Shown here one piece after another: positions 1 to 9,353 of a DNA stretch of 64,000 bases. Origin of the DNA: an uncultured Actinomycetota bacterium (GTDB lineage: Bacteria > Actinomycetota > Actinomycetes > Actinomycetales > Micrococcaceae); the NCBI GenBank assembly GCA_963722145.1, contig CAVRLW010000005.1:70773-134772 (forward strand), written 5' to 3'. The notes under the pieces are model-generated. The model searched no databases. It saw only the letters and a list, made by a program, of their open reading frames with translations, and was not told the origin of the DNA. A program made the translations under genes and the position numbers. Positions within the stretch are counted from its first letter, which is position 1; every line of letters starts with the position of its first letter.

Positions 1-635
1 CCAATGGACGGGTAGCCCTGTGAAAGCAGCGGGTTGACGGGAAGAAGGTTGTCGTCGGAGTACTGCACCAGCTGGTCGAACGTCCAGGCCGCGACCGGGT
101 TGACCTTGACCAGGCCGTTGGCCTCGTCCCAAGTGATCAGCGGCGTGTTGGTGCGGGTGGGGGCCTCGTCGCGGCGGACTCCGGTGAACCAGAGCTCGTA
201 GCCGGCCAGGGTGCGGCGCAGCGGCGCCACTTTGCGCAGGGCGCAGCACTGCGCGGGGTCGCGGGCGAAGAGGTCCTTGCCCAGGAGCCGGTCCTGCTGC
301 TCCACGGTGTTCTCCGGCAGCACGTCCACGACGTTGACCCGCAGGTTGGCGGCCACCTCGTCGCGCGTCGCGTGCGTTTCCGGGAAGTGGTAGCCGGTCT
401 CCAGGAACAGGACGTCGACGCCGGGGAGCTGGTCAGCGACAAGCGCAGGCAGGACCGCATCGGCCATGGAGCAGGCGACCGCGACCGCGGGCAGCTCGAA
501 ATTGCGGGCCACCCAGGCGATGACATCGCGGGCAGGGGCGTCCCAGCCGAGCTCGGCAGCGCCGGCCTCGGCGAGGGCCTTGAGCTCGTCGTGGGTGCGG
601 AGGACGGGGTCCACTCCCAAGGCGTGCTTGGTCAC
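1..635 (-). CDS. cysH: Phosphoadenylyl-sulfate (PAPS/APS) reductase, runs off the left edge
   Basis: Missing from the ORF track. Manual translation from GTG at 635 gives MTKHALG...VDVLFLETGYHFPET...CCALRKVAPL...WFTGVRRDEA, typical CysH motifs. Start overlaps the sulfite reductase stop (GTGA). Confidence 0.9.
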   Translation of the reverse strand, partial: MTKHALGVDPVLRTHDELKALAEAGAAELGWDAPARDVIAWVARNFELPAVAVACSMADAVLPALVADQLPGVDVLFLETGYHFPETHATRDEVAANLRVNVVDVLPENTVEQQDRLLGKDLFARDPAQCCALRKVAPLRRTLAGYELWFTGVRRDEAPTRTNTPLITWDEANGLVKVNPVAAWTFDQLVQYSDDNLLPVNPLLSQGYPSI

Positions 636-2377
636 TGAAGATCACCCTCCTCCGCGGCGAACGCCCACTCGGCGAAGCTTTGGCCCTCGGAGCGGTCTGC
701 GACGAACTTCCGGACCACGCGTTCCACGTAGTCTGGCAGCTCCCCGGCCGTGACCTTGAGGCCGCGGACGGTGCGGCCGAGGCCTGCCTCCTCGCGGCTG
801 TCGGACGCCAGCCCCCCGCCGAGGTGGACCTGGAAGCCCGGGGTGGGGTCGCCGTCGGGCGTCGGCAGCATCATGCCCTTGAGGCCGATGTCCGCCGTCT
901 GGATCCGGGCGCAGGAGTTGGGGCAGCCGTTGATGTGCAGGGACAACGCCTGGGGCAGCTGCTTGCTCTCGGCGAGGTCGGCCAGGCGGCGCTCTAGCTC
1001 GGCAACCGCCGTCGCCGCAGTAACCTTCGTTTCCACGATGGCGAGCTTGCAGAACTCGATGCCGGTGCAGGCAATGGTGCCGCGCCGGAACACCGACGGC
1101 CGGGCGGACAGGCCCAGGGCGTCGAGCTCGGCCACGAGCGGATCGACCTCGTCCTTGGGCACGTCGAGGACCACGAGCTTCTGGTGCGGGGTGGTGCGCA
1201 GGCGCCGCGAGCCGCGGGCCTCCAGGGTGTCAGCGAGCCTGACCAGCTGGCTGCCGGAGAGGCGGCCGGCCAGCGGGGTGGCGCCGATGAAGAACTTGCC
1301 GTCCTTTTGTTCGTGCACGCCGATGTGGTCGCCGGGCGTGGACGGCTTGGGCGCCGCGGGGCCGTCGGAGAGCTTGTAGCCGAGGTATTCGTCCTCGAGA
1401 ACCTGGCGGAACTTCACCGGTCCCCAGTCGGCCAGCAGGAACTTCAGGCGGGCCTTAGTGCGCATGCGCCGGTAGCCGTAGTCGCGGAAGATGCTGGTCA
1501 CGCCGAGCCACACGTCGGCGGCCTGGTCCGGCCGGACGAAGGCGCCGAGGCGCTTGCCCAGCATGGGGTTGGTGGAGAGCGCGCCGCCTACCCAGAGGTC
1601 GTAGCCGATGCCGAGTTCGGGGTGGACCAGGCCCACCAGGGCGACGTCGTTGATCTCATGCACCACGTCCTGGCTGGGGTGGCCGGTGATGGCGGTCTTG
1701 AATTTGCGCGGCAGGTTGGCCAGTTCAGGATCGCCGATGAACCGTTCGGCGAGTTCCTGGATTAGCGGCGTGGGGTCGATGATCTCGTCCTTGGCGATGC
1801 CCGCAACCGGGGAGCCGAGGATCACGCGGGGGACGTCGCCGCAGGCTTCCGTGGTGGACAGCCCCACGCCCTCGAGCCGGCGCCAGATCTCGGGCATGTC
1901 TTCCACCCGGATCCAGTGCAGCTGGATGTTCTGGCGGTCCGTGAGGTCGGCCGAGTCGCGGGCGAAGTCCACGGAGATCTGGCCGATGACGCGCAGCTGC
2001 TCGGTGGTGAGCGCACCGCCGTCGATCCGCACGCGGAGCATGAAGTATTTGTCTTCGAGTTCGTGCGGCTCAAGCGTGGCGGTCTTGCCGCCGTCGATCC
2101 CGGGTTTGCGCTGCGTGTACAGGCCCCACCAGCGGAAGCGGCCGTGCAGGTCGGTGCCGTCGATCGAGTCGAAGCCGTGCTTGGAGTAGACGGACTCAAT
2201 ACGCTCGCGGACGTTGAGGCCGTTGTCTTCCTGTTTCCAGGTTTCGTTGGCGTTCAGCGGCGTGGTGCCGTCCACTTTCCACTGCCCGTGCGGCTTTGCG
2301 GCCGGACGGGAGGGGCGCTTGGTGCGGCCGGCGGCAGCCTCGTCCGTGGACGCTCCGGCTAGAGCTGTATCAGTCAT
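632..2377 (-). CDS. sir: Ferredoxin-dependent nitrite/sulfite reductase (siroheme, 4Fe-4S)
   Basis: Motifs RWWGLYTQR, CTGIEFCKLA and NGCPNSCAR; coupled to cysH. Confidence 0.9.
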   Translation of the reverse strand: MTDTALAGASTDEAAAGRTKRPSRPAAKPHGQWKVDGTTPLNANETWKQEDNGLNVRERIESVYSKHGFDSIDGTDLHGRFRWWGLYTQRKPGIDGGKTATLEPHELEDKYFMLRVRIDGGALTTEQLRVIGQISVDFARDSADLTDRQNIQLHWIRVEDMPEIWRRLEGVGLSTTEACGDVPRVILGSPVAGIAKDEIIDPTPLIQELAERFIGDPELANLPRKFKTAITGHPSQDVVHEINDVALVGLVHPELGIGYDLWVGGALSTNPMLGKRLGAFVRPDQAADVWLGVTSIFRDYGYRRMRTKARLKFLLADWGPVKFRQVLEDEYLGYKLSDGPAAPKPSTPGDHIGVHEQKDGKFFIGATPLAGRLSGSQLVRLADTLEARGSRRLRTTPHQKLVVLDVPKDEVDPLVAELDALGLSARPSVFRRGTIACTGIEFCKLAIVETKVTAATAVAELERRLADLAESKQLPQALSLHINGCPNSCARIQTADIGLKGMMLPTPDGDPTPGFQVHLGGGLASDSREEAGLGRTVRGLKVTAGELPDYVERVVRKFVADRSEGQSFAEWAFAAEEGDLQ

Positions 2378-2508
2378 GCATCGACTGTAGGGGTGGCCGT
2401 AATGCCGTCACAAAGGGTCAGAAACGGGGAGTCACCTAGGGAAACATTTCGTCACGAACCGCCGAAAGCCCTTGAAGTAGCCATGCGGCTGTGCATCTGT
2501 GGGGACGG

Positions 2509-3255
2509 TCAGGGCCGGGATTGCGGGGCTGCGGCCAGGGCGGCGTCGTAGCGTTCCAGGGCAATTTCGGCCAAGACCGGCGAGGGCAGCAGCGGGGCCG
2601 TCACAAGGTCCGCGCCGGCCTTGGCCAACTGGTCATGGAAGAAACCGGGCGCCAGCAGATAGGAGGCGATGACCACGCGTCCGCCCAGGTCCACCGCTCC
2701 GGCCGACTCCCCCGCGCCGGCACCGCCGGCGGCCTCCTCGCGGAGCATGGCGACGGCGTCGGGAACCGAGGGCTTGGCGGAGGCGCCGTAGCCGGCCACG
2801 ATCCGGTTCGAACGCAGGGCGCGGAGCTGGTCCGTGAGTTCCTCGACATTCTGCGCGGCGCTGGGGTCGGAGGAACCGGCGGCGGCGAGGACCACGGCGT
2901 CGTTGTCCGTCACACCGGCCTCGCGCAGCCGCTGGTCCAGCAGCGCTGCGAGCCGCGGATCCGGGCCCAGCGGCGCCGCGGCAAGAGTGTCCGGCCGGCT
3001 CTTCACGGCCCGGGCGATGTCCACTTTGACGTGGTATCCGACGCTCAGCAGCAGCGGAACCACGACGGCGGTCTCCCCCTCCGGAAGGCCTGCCACGACG
3101 ACCGGAAGGTCAGGGTCCTGGACGTCGACGTAGGCCTCGCGGACATCCAGCCCGGGACGGAGCCCGGCGATGCCGTCCCGGAGCGCGTTGACCTCCGCGG
3201 CTCCATGCGGGCTTGAGGTGCCGTGGGCGCAGGCGATCAGGATGGGGCTATTCAT
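2509..3255 (-). CDS. Sirohydrochlorin chelatase (CbiX/SirB family)
   Basis: AHGT, VVVPLLLSVGYHVKVDI and YLLAPGFFH motifs; next to a siroheme enzyme. Confidence 0.85.
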   Translation of the reverse strand: MNSPILIACAHGTSSPHGAAEVNALRDGIAGLRPGLDVREAYVDVQDPDLPVVVAGLPEGETAVVVPLLLSVGYHVKVDIARAVKSRPDTLAAAPLGPDPRLAALLDQRLREAGVTDNDAVVLAAAGSSDPSAAQNVEELTDQLRALRSNRIVAGYGASAKPSVPDAVAMLREEAAGGAGAGESAGAVDLGGRVVIASYLLAPGFFHDQLAKAGADLVTAPLLPSPVLAEIALERYDAALAAAPQSRP

Positions 3256-3316
3256 AGCCGTTAGCGTAACCTTGGAGCCGCCCTATCCGCCCCCTTGTTA
3301 TCGACCGGGACGCTTC

Positions 3317-3982
3317 ATGACCTTCTCCTTTAGCCTTGTCCTGGTCTGGCTTGACCTCGCCGGCGTCTTCTTCTTTGCCGTCTCCGGCTCGCTGCTCGCG
3401 GCGCGGAAGCAGTTCGACATCATCGGCTCGCTGCTCCTTGCCTCGGTGGTGAGCCTGGGCGGCGGCGTCATCCGCGACATCATCATCAACACAGGCCCGC
3501 CCGCCGCGTTCACCAACCCGGCGTATCTGGCGCCGCCCCTGCTCGCCACGGTGCTGGTGTATTTCCTGTTCTCCAGCGTCCAGCGCTTCACTTCGCTGCT
3601 GGTCCTGTTTGACGCCGGCGGGCTGGCCCTGTTCTGCATCACCGGCACGCTGAAGGCCCTGGCCGCCGGGATGAATCCCGTGGCTGCCGTCCTGCTCGGT
3701 GTCACGACGGCGGTGGGCGGCGGCCTGTTGCGGGACATCACCGCCAACGAGGTGCCGCAGCTCTTCGACCCCAGGGATCTGTACGCACTGCCGGCGTTCG
3801 CAGGGGCGGTTTCGACCGTGATTCTGTCCCTCACGGGGACCTTTACCGCGGTCAGTGCCTGCGCCGTCGCCGCGGTAGTCTTCGCCTTCCGGGTCACGGC
3901 CTGGCGGCGCCACTGGTACGTTCCGCTGGCGGTGCGCGGCTGGCACCGGCTGGGCCTGGACACAGCGGAAAACGACCGCTAG
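3317..3982 (+). CDS. Trimeric intracellular cation channel (TRIC/UPF0126) family membrane protein
   Basis: Duplicated GGGxxRD motifs (LGGGVIRD, VGGGLLRD); start moved to ATG 3317. Confidence 0.85.
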   Translation: MTFSFSLVLVWLDLAGVFFFAVSGSLLAARKQFDIIGSLLLASVVSLGGGVIRDIIINTGPPAAFTNPAYLAPPLLATVLVYFLFSSVQRFTSLLVLFDAGGLALFCITGTLKALAAGMNPVAAVLLGVTTAVGGGLLRDITANEVPQLFDPRDLYALPAFAGAVSTVILSLTGTFTAVSACAVAAVVFAFRVTAWRRHWYVPLAVRGWHRLGLDTAENDR

Positions 3983-4002
3983 GGATTAGCTAGGATAAGA
4001 GC

Positions 4003-4431
4003 ATGACTGACATGTTCCTCGAGAAATTCCGCGCGCTTGTTCCGAAGTATCTCGAAGACGAATGGCAGGAAGAAGATGGCCTCCCGGCCGACGAGCTCGA
4101 CGCCGCCCTGGGCGAACATCAGTTCCAGGTCCCGCTGGTCCTGCGCGAGTTCTACCTCGCCGTCGGCGGCTGCGAGGACATCATGGAGGCTTACCACTAC
4201 TTCTGGGATCCCGAAGAGCTCGAAGTCGATGACGAGGGATTCCTCATGTTCCTCGAGGACGAGGAAGAGCAGTTCACCTGGGGCTTCCGCGTCGGGGACC
4301 TCAGCATCCCGGATCCCATCGTGTACCGCCGCAACAACGCCCGCGGCCAATGGAAGAGCGAGGAAGGGACCTTCTCCGAATTCGTCTTCGACATGTTCGA
4401 GTGGGCCTTCAACGACGAGGACGAAGACTAG
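4003..4431 (+). CDS. Acidic SMI1/KNR4-like protein
   Basis: RBS-like AGGA upstream; pattern G.....L..........P..LREFY...GG resembles the SMI1/KNR4 N-terminus. Confidence 0.55.
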   Translation: MTDMFLEKFRALVPKYLEDEWQEEDGLPADELDAALGEHQFQVPLVLREFYLAVGGCEDIMEAYHYFWDPEELEVDDEGFLMFLEDEEEQFTWGFRVGDLSIPDPIVYRRNNARGQWKSEEGTFSEFVFDMFEWAFNDEDED

Positions 4432-4668
4432 GCCCCGGCCAGGTCTTAGGCTCGGCGGTCCGGGCGCCGCCGGCGGGGCTCGGCGGTCCGGGGGCACTTT
4501 GACACGGACACGCCGACGCCCGGCCCGGGAATCCCCGACTGAGGCGCCAAAGTAGCCCCGGACGGCCGCCGCCCGCCGCCGATTCTCCCCATGTTTGGCG
4601 TCTTTCACCGGAGTGTCCGGCCGAACCGCCGGTATCCGGGGGCTTCGGAAGTTCATACCTGGGGAAAT

Positions 4669-5490
4669 TCAGCGGATGGCCCGGCCGCGCAGCACCTGCC
4701 ACACCTCATCGAGGACCTTCTGCGGGTTGTAGACGACGTCGTGATACCCGTACCGGAGCACGGCGTAGCCCGTCAGGGTGCTGGCGTTGTTCCGCCGCCG
4801 GTCCTTCTTGACCTGCGCGCGCTCAAGATGGGTGCTCCCGTCGATCTCCACGATCAGGAATCCTTCAAGCAGGAAATCCACGAAGCCGATCCCCGGCAGG
4901 TTCACCTGCGTCTGGGTGTAGATTCCCTGGCCCCTGAAGAGCAGCCTGGCAACGACCTCGATCGCCGAGTCAGCCGTGCCGTCGACCAGCTCCAGGACTG
5001 CGCGGGCGGGCCCGTTCCGGTTTCCCGGCAGCCTTCTGCCCAGATAGTCCAGAGTGGTGCGGCCCTGCAGCAGGGCACTTTCCACCATGACGGCGGCATC
5101 CACCGGGGGCAGGCATCGCAGCGCATGCAGCAAAGTGTCCGTCAGACTGGCCACGAGATGCGGGAAATCCGGCGGCACCAGGCTGCCGCGGTGGATGACC
5201 ACTCCGGGCGCTGAGCCGTGTGCGCACAGCAGGTGCAGCCGTTCGGGCTCATGCAGGCGCCATATGCCGTGGAACGGCGCGGCCGAGGCGCAGGTGAGCG
5301 TGCCGTTCGCGAGCACGGCAGCCACGAAGTCCGCCCGCGCCCCGGGCAGCGCCACCACGCCATGGCGGAGGCGACGAATTTCCCCGGCAGCCACGGCAGT
5401 GCGGATCCCGTTCGGCGTAAAACCGGCCTGCAGCAACGTGGCCGTGCGGGCAACCGAGCCGGCGTATCCCAGGTAACCCGCGAGGTCCAT
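4669..5490 (-). CDS. AbiEi-antitoxin-like N-terminal domain + DUF559/Vsr-like endonuclease domain protein
   Basis: N-terminal RLRHGVVAL wHTH-like segment; C-terminal VDFLLEGFLIVEIDGSTH...DRRRN...GYAVLRY; start set at ATG 5490. Confidence 0.8.
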   Translation of the reverse strand: MDLAGYLGYAGSVARTATLLQAGFTPNGIRTAVAAGEIRRLRHGVVALPGARADFVAAVLANGTLTCASAAPFHGIWRLHEPERLHLLCAHGSAPGVVIHRGSLVPPDFPHLVASLTDTLLHALRCLPPVDAAVMVESALLQGRTTLDYLGRRLPGNRNGPARAVLELVDGTADSAIEVVARLLFRGQGIYTQTQVNLPGIGFVDFLLEGFLIVEIDGSTHLERAQVKKDRRRNNASTLTGYAVLRYGYHDVVYNPQKVLDEVWQVLRGRAIR

Positions 5491-5541
5491 GGGGCAAGCA
5501 CACACGTGGCATGACACCAAGGGCAGCCACAACGCCGGCTA

Positions 5542-5550
5542 TGTGGACAA
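5542..5550 (-). promoter_or_regulatory. DnaA-box-like 9-mer TTGTCCACA
   Basis: Perfect actinobacterial DnaA box, 52 bp from ATG 5490. Confidence 0.5.
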
Positions 5551-5790
5551 GTCCGCACCATTTGAGCCGCTGGTTTTCTCCGGTTTTGAGGACGCCCGAC
5601 GGCGTGTCCCGCCACCGGCCAGCGTGTCCCGCCCGCCGTCCGGCCAAAGGTGGGGAAACTCAGCGCGACAACGTCCGGCAAAGGCCCAAAATCCTATGAC
5701 AACTAATTTACAGAAAAGTCTGGACGCTATGACACAACTGTCATAGACTCAGTTCTGGGTTCACCAAATGCCTCCGGTGGATCTGATGCG

Positions 5791-5860
5791 AACGGAGAAA
5801 TGGCCCCGGTTCGGCACAACGGAAGACTCGAACGTTGTGAGGAACCGGGGCCATTCCGTT
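5791..5860. repeat. REP-like imperfect inverted repeat
   Basis: Stem AATGGCCCCGGTTC (5799-5812) / GAACCGGGGCCATT (5842-5855) with inner stem CACAACG/CGTTGTG. Confidence 0.75.
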
Positions 5861-5888
5861 TAAGCGGGCAGACCCGGCTAGCGGCAGG

Positions 5889-6989
5889 CTAGCTGCTGCG
5901 GTCCACTACCGCGTGGGCGAAGCTGGTCAGCGAGTCCTTCACGACGCCTTCGGGCAGCGGGGCGAGGGCGGCGATGGCCTCATCGGCCCAGGCGCGTGCC
6001 ACCACCCAGGACTGAGCGGTGACGGGGTGCTCCCGGAGTCCGGCCACGGCGGCGGCCAGGGCCTCGTCCGAGCTGAGGTCGCCGTCGATCAGCGTCAACA
6101 GTTCGACGGCGGTCTGGTCCCCGTCGCGGGCGGCGTTGCGCAGCAGCAGCACAGGCAGGGTGGGGATGCCTTCGCGAAGGTCGGTCCCCGGGGATTTGCC
6201 GGACTTGACCTTGATCCCGGTGACGTCGATGACGTCGTCGGCGAGCTGGAAGGCCACGCCCACCTTCTCGCCATACTCGACCAGGAGGGGCTCGTAGGCC
6301 TCGTCGGCGCCGGAGAAGATGGCGCCAAGCTGGCCGGAGGCGGCCACGAGCGAGCCGGTCTTGTCCGCGATGACGGACAGGTAGTGCGCCAGGGGGTCCT
6401 CGTCCGGCCGCGGTCCCACGGTCTCGTGCAACTGCCCCAGGCAGAGCCGTTCAAAGGTCCGTGCCTGGATGCCAAGCGCACGGGACCCGAGCTCCGAGAC
6501 CAGGATGGAGGCGCGCGCAAAGATGAGGTCCCCGGTCAGGACGGCGACAGAGTTTCCCCAGACCTCGTGGGCCGTGGGCGCCCCCCGGCGGAACGGCGCG
6601 GAGTCCATGACGTCGTCGTGGTACAGGGTGGCGAGGTGCGTCAGTTCCACGACGACGGCGGCCTGCACCACTGCGGGCAGGGAGGCGTCGCCAAGGTGGG
6701 CGCACAGCAGGGTCAGCAGCGGGCGGATGCGCTTGCCGCCGGCTTCCACGAGGTGACGCGACGTTGCATCAGCCAGGGGATCGGAATTGGCAATGGCTTC
6801 GCGCAGCTTCTTCTCGACGCGCGCCAGGTTGGTGGTGAGCGCGGGACCCAGCTCCGGGTCGCCCGCAATCGCCGCGAAGCCTGCCGGCAGTTGGAGGCCG
6901 GTGGCGATCGCCGTGGTGTTGAGGTCGGGTTCAGAGCTCGGCAGGCCGTGTCCGGCGTGCGTCCAGCTTTGGTCTGCAGAGTTGGTCAC
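5889..6989 (-). CDS. Polyprenyl diphosphate synthase (HepT/GrcC-like)
   Basis: GGKRIRP, LYHDDVMD and FQLADDVID aspartate-rich motifs; in menaquinone cluster. Confidence 0.92.
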   Translation of the reverse strand: MTNSADQSWTHAGHGLPSSEPDLNTTAIATGLQLPAGFAAIAGDPELGPALTTNLARVEKKLREAIANSDPLADATSRHLVEAGGKRIRPLLTLLCAHLGDASLPAVVQAAVVVELTHLATLYHDDVMDSAPFRRGAPTAHEVWGNSVAVLTGDLIFARASILVSELGSRALGIQARTFERLCLGQLHETVGPRPDEDPLAHYLSVIADKTGSLVAASGQLGAIFSGADEAYEPLLVEYGEKVGVAFQLADDVIDVTGIKVKSGKSPGTDLREGIPTLPVLLLRNAARDGDQTAVELLTLIDGDLSSDEALAAAVAGLREHPVTAQSWVVARAWADEAIAALAPLPEGVVKDSLTSFAHAVVDRSS

Positions 6990-8392
6990 GGGTTAACCCT
7001 AACTTTTGTTGCGGAAACCGCGGAGTTGGTGCCGGAGGGCGGAACGCTGTCCGTGGTGGGCGCGGCCTTGGTGGACGTGGCCTGATTGGACGTGGCCTGA
7101 TTGGATGTGGCCTGATTCGATGTGGCACGGACCAGGGATTCCAGGACGCGGATGACCCGGTCCTCGAAACCCTTGGCGGCAGGATCGGTGAGGTTGGCCA
7201 GCAACCGCACCACGAAACGCATGAGCACAGGGACAGGCATGCCCGTCCGGAGGGCCAGTTTCATGACGGCCGGCTTGCCGATCAGGGCCGCGAACGCCCG
7301 GCCCAGCGTGAAGTGTGAGCCCCACTGCTGCCGCACGTAGTCGGCGTACCGGGCAAGGTGCGCGTCGGCGTCGGCCTCACTCCAGCCTGCCGACGCGGAC
7401 CGGGCAGCGCCGTCGATAATGAATTCGGCCGCAAAGCGGGCGGACTCCATGGCGTAGGAGATGCCCTCGCCGTTGAACGGGGACACCATGCCGCCGGCGT
7501 CGCCGAGCAGCAGCAGGCCCGGAGAGTAGTGCGGGGTGCGGTTGAAGCCCATGGGCAGCGCGGCGCCGCGGATCTCACCCACCTGGTTTTCCGGGGTGAA
7601 GCCCCAGTCGTCGGGCATGCCGGCGGTCCATTCGCGCAGCACCTGCTTGTAGTCCAACTTGCCGAAGTCCTTCGAGGAGTTCAGGATGCCCAGGCCCACG
7701 TTGGAGGTGCCGTCGCCGACGCCAAAGACCCAGCCGTAGCCCGGCAGGAGTTTGCCGTCGCGGCCGGGAAGCTCCAGCCAGCCTTCCATCCAGTCGTCCT
7801 CGTGCCGCGGCGAAGTGAAGTAGGTCCGCACGGCCACGCCGAGCGGCCGGTCGTCGCGCTTGCCGATGCCCAGCGAGACGGCGGTACGGGTCGAGTTGCC
7901 GTCCGCCGCGAGGACGACGTCGGCGGTGAAGTCGCGCGTTTCGCCGGTCTTGCGCCCGGAGTTGTCCAGCAGCGCGGCGCGGACGCCCGTCACCCGGCCG
8001 TTCTCGGAGCGCAGCGCCTCGGTGACGCTGTGGCGTTCCAGCACGACGGCGCCCGCGGACTGGGCATGGCGGGCCAGCTCCTCGTCGAAGCCGAGCCGGG
8101 TCCGGATCAGCCCGTACTGCGGGAAGTCGGCAACCTCCGGCCAGGGCAGTTCGATCGTGCGGCCGCCGGCGATCAGCCGAAGGCCCTTGTTCCGCCGCCA
8201 GCCCTCGGTTTCAGGATGCGCGAGCCCCAGCTTCTGGATCTCGCGGACCGCGCGCGGAGTCAGGCCGTCGCCGCAGACCTTCTCGCGCGGAAAGCTGGTT
8301 TTCTCCAGCACCGTTACGTCAATGCCGGCTTTGGCAAGGTAGTAGGCGGCGGTGGATCCGGCCGGGCCCGCTCCGACGATCAGTACATTCAC
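6986..8392 (-). CDS. menJ: Geranylgeranyl reductase family, probable menaquinone reductase MenJ
   Basis: GAGPAG FAD motif, REKVCGDGLTPRAV, GDAGGMVSPFNGEGI; lies between menG and the polyprenyl synthase. Confidence 0.8.
   Translation of the reverse strand: MNVLIVGAGPAGSTAAYYLAKAGIDVTVLEKTSFPREKVCGDGLTPRAVREIQKLGLAHPETEGWRRNKGLRLIAGGRTIELPWPEVADFPQYGLIRTRLGFDEELARHAQSAGAVVLERHSVTEALRSENGRVTGVRAALLDNSGRKTGETRDFTADVVLAADGNSTRTAVSLGIGKRDDRPLGVAVRTYFTSPRHEDDWMEGWLELPGRDGKLLPGYGWVFGVGDGTSNVGLGILNSSKDFGKLDYKQVLREWTAGMPDDWGFTPENQVGEIRGAALPMGFNRTPHYSPGLLLLGDAGGMVSPFNGEGISYAMESARFAAEFIIDGAARSASAGWSEADADAHLARYADYVRQQWGSHFTLGRAFAALIGKPAVMKLALRTGMPVPVLMRFVVRLLANLTDPAAKGFEDRVIRVLESLVRATSNQATSNQATSNQATSTKAAPTTDSVPPSGTNSAVSATKVRVNP
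7073..7126. repeat. 15-bp tandem repeat (about 3.6 copies) encoding (NQATS)3 in the MenJ tail
   Basis: GGACGTGGCCTGATT units read directly. Confidence 0.9.
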
Positions 8393-8404
8393 GACGCGTA
8401 GCGG

Positions 8405-9199
8405 CTAACGCCCGGGCCGGGTGATGTTGCGGCGCAGCTTGGCCACGGGTCCGGTGTGGGCGGCAAGCGCGTCAGCACCAGCGGCGGGACCAGTTGAGGG
8501 GCCGGCCACCGGTTTCTGCGCCCGGTGCACGGCGACGATGCCGCCGCTGAGGTTGCGGTAGGTGACGGATTCCCAGCCAGCCTCCTGCAACCAGGCCGCG
8601 AGGTGGTCCTGGTCCGGCCAGGCGCGGATGGACTCGGCGAGGTAGACGTAGGCGTCGGGGTTGGAAGAGACCTTGACGGCGATGGCCGGCAGGGCCCGCA
8701 TGAGGTACTCGGTGTACATGGTGCGCCACAGCGGCACCACGGGCTGGGAGAATTCCGCGATGACCAGCCGGCCGCCGGGCTTGGTGACCCGCAGCATCTC
8801 CGCCAGGGCCTTCTTCGGCTCGTTGACGTTGCGCAGGCCAAAGGAGATCGTGCTGGCATCAAAGGTGTTGTCCGCGAACGGCAGACGGGTGGCATCCCCG
8901 GCAATGAAGTCGATGTCCGGGCGGCGGCGCTTGCCGACCTTGAGCATGCCAAGGGAGAAATCACAGGCGATGACGTTGATGCCGGCGTCGGCATACGGCT
9001 CGCTGGAGGTGCCGGTGCCTGCGGCGAGGTCCAGGACGCGCTGGCCGGCCGATACACCCACGGCCTCCACCACCACCTTGCGCCAACGCCGCGTCTGCCC
9101 CAACGACAGGACATCGTTAACGACGTCGTATTTGGGTGCGACGTCGTCAAACATCGTGGCTACTTCGTCCGGACGCTTATCCAAGGATGCTCGGTTCAC
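8405..9199 (-). CDS. menG: Demethylmenaquinone methyltransferase
   Basis: [37 protein letters not shown]. Confidence 0.93.
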   Translation of the reverse strand: MNRASLDKRPDEVATMFDDVAPKYDVVNDVLSLGQTRRWRKVVVEAVGVSAGQRVLDLAAGTGTSSEPYADAGINVIACDFSLGMLKVGKRRRPDIDFIAGDATRLPFADNTFDASTISFGLRNVNEPKKALAEMLRVTKPGGRLVIAEFSQPVVPLWRTMYTEYLMRALPAIAVKVSSNPDAYVYLAESIRAWPDQDHLAAWLQEAGWESVTYRNLSGGIVAVHRAQKPVAGPSTGPAAGADALAAHTGPVAKLRRNITRPGR

Positions 9200-9353
9200 C
9201 CTGCCATTGTCTCAAATGATCGGCTCCCCCACGAACGGGCCACCAATCAACGCGGCTTTCACCTGCGGGAACGGCCGCAGCCGCCGCGTGCACCCCCCTG
9301 CCGGACCCTGTATATCCACGGCACGGGCGATCACGGGCTAGTGTTATGCCATC

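Noticed and set aside
4660-5665. 15-bp direct repeat TGGGGAAA(T/C)TCAGCG flanking the first DUF559-like gene as a target-site duplication
   Set aside because: One copy overlaps the stop codon, there is a mismatch, and no equivalent flanks the second paralog; may be chance.
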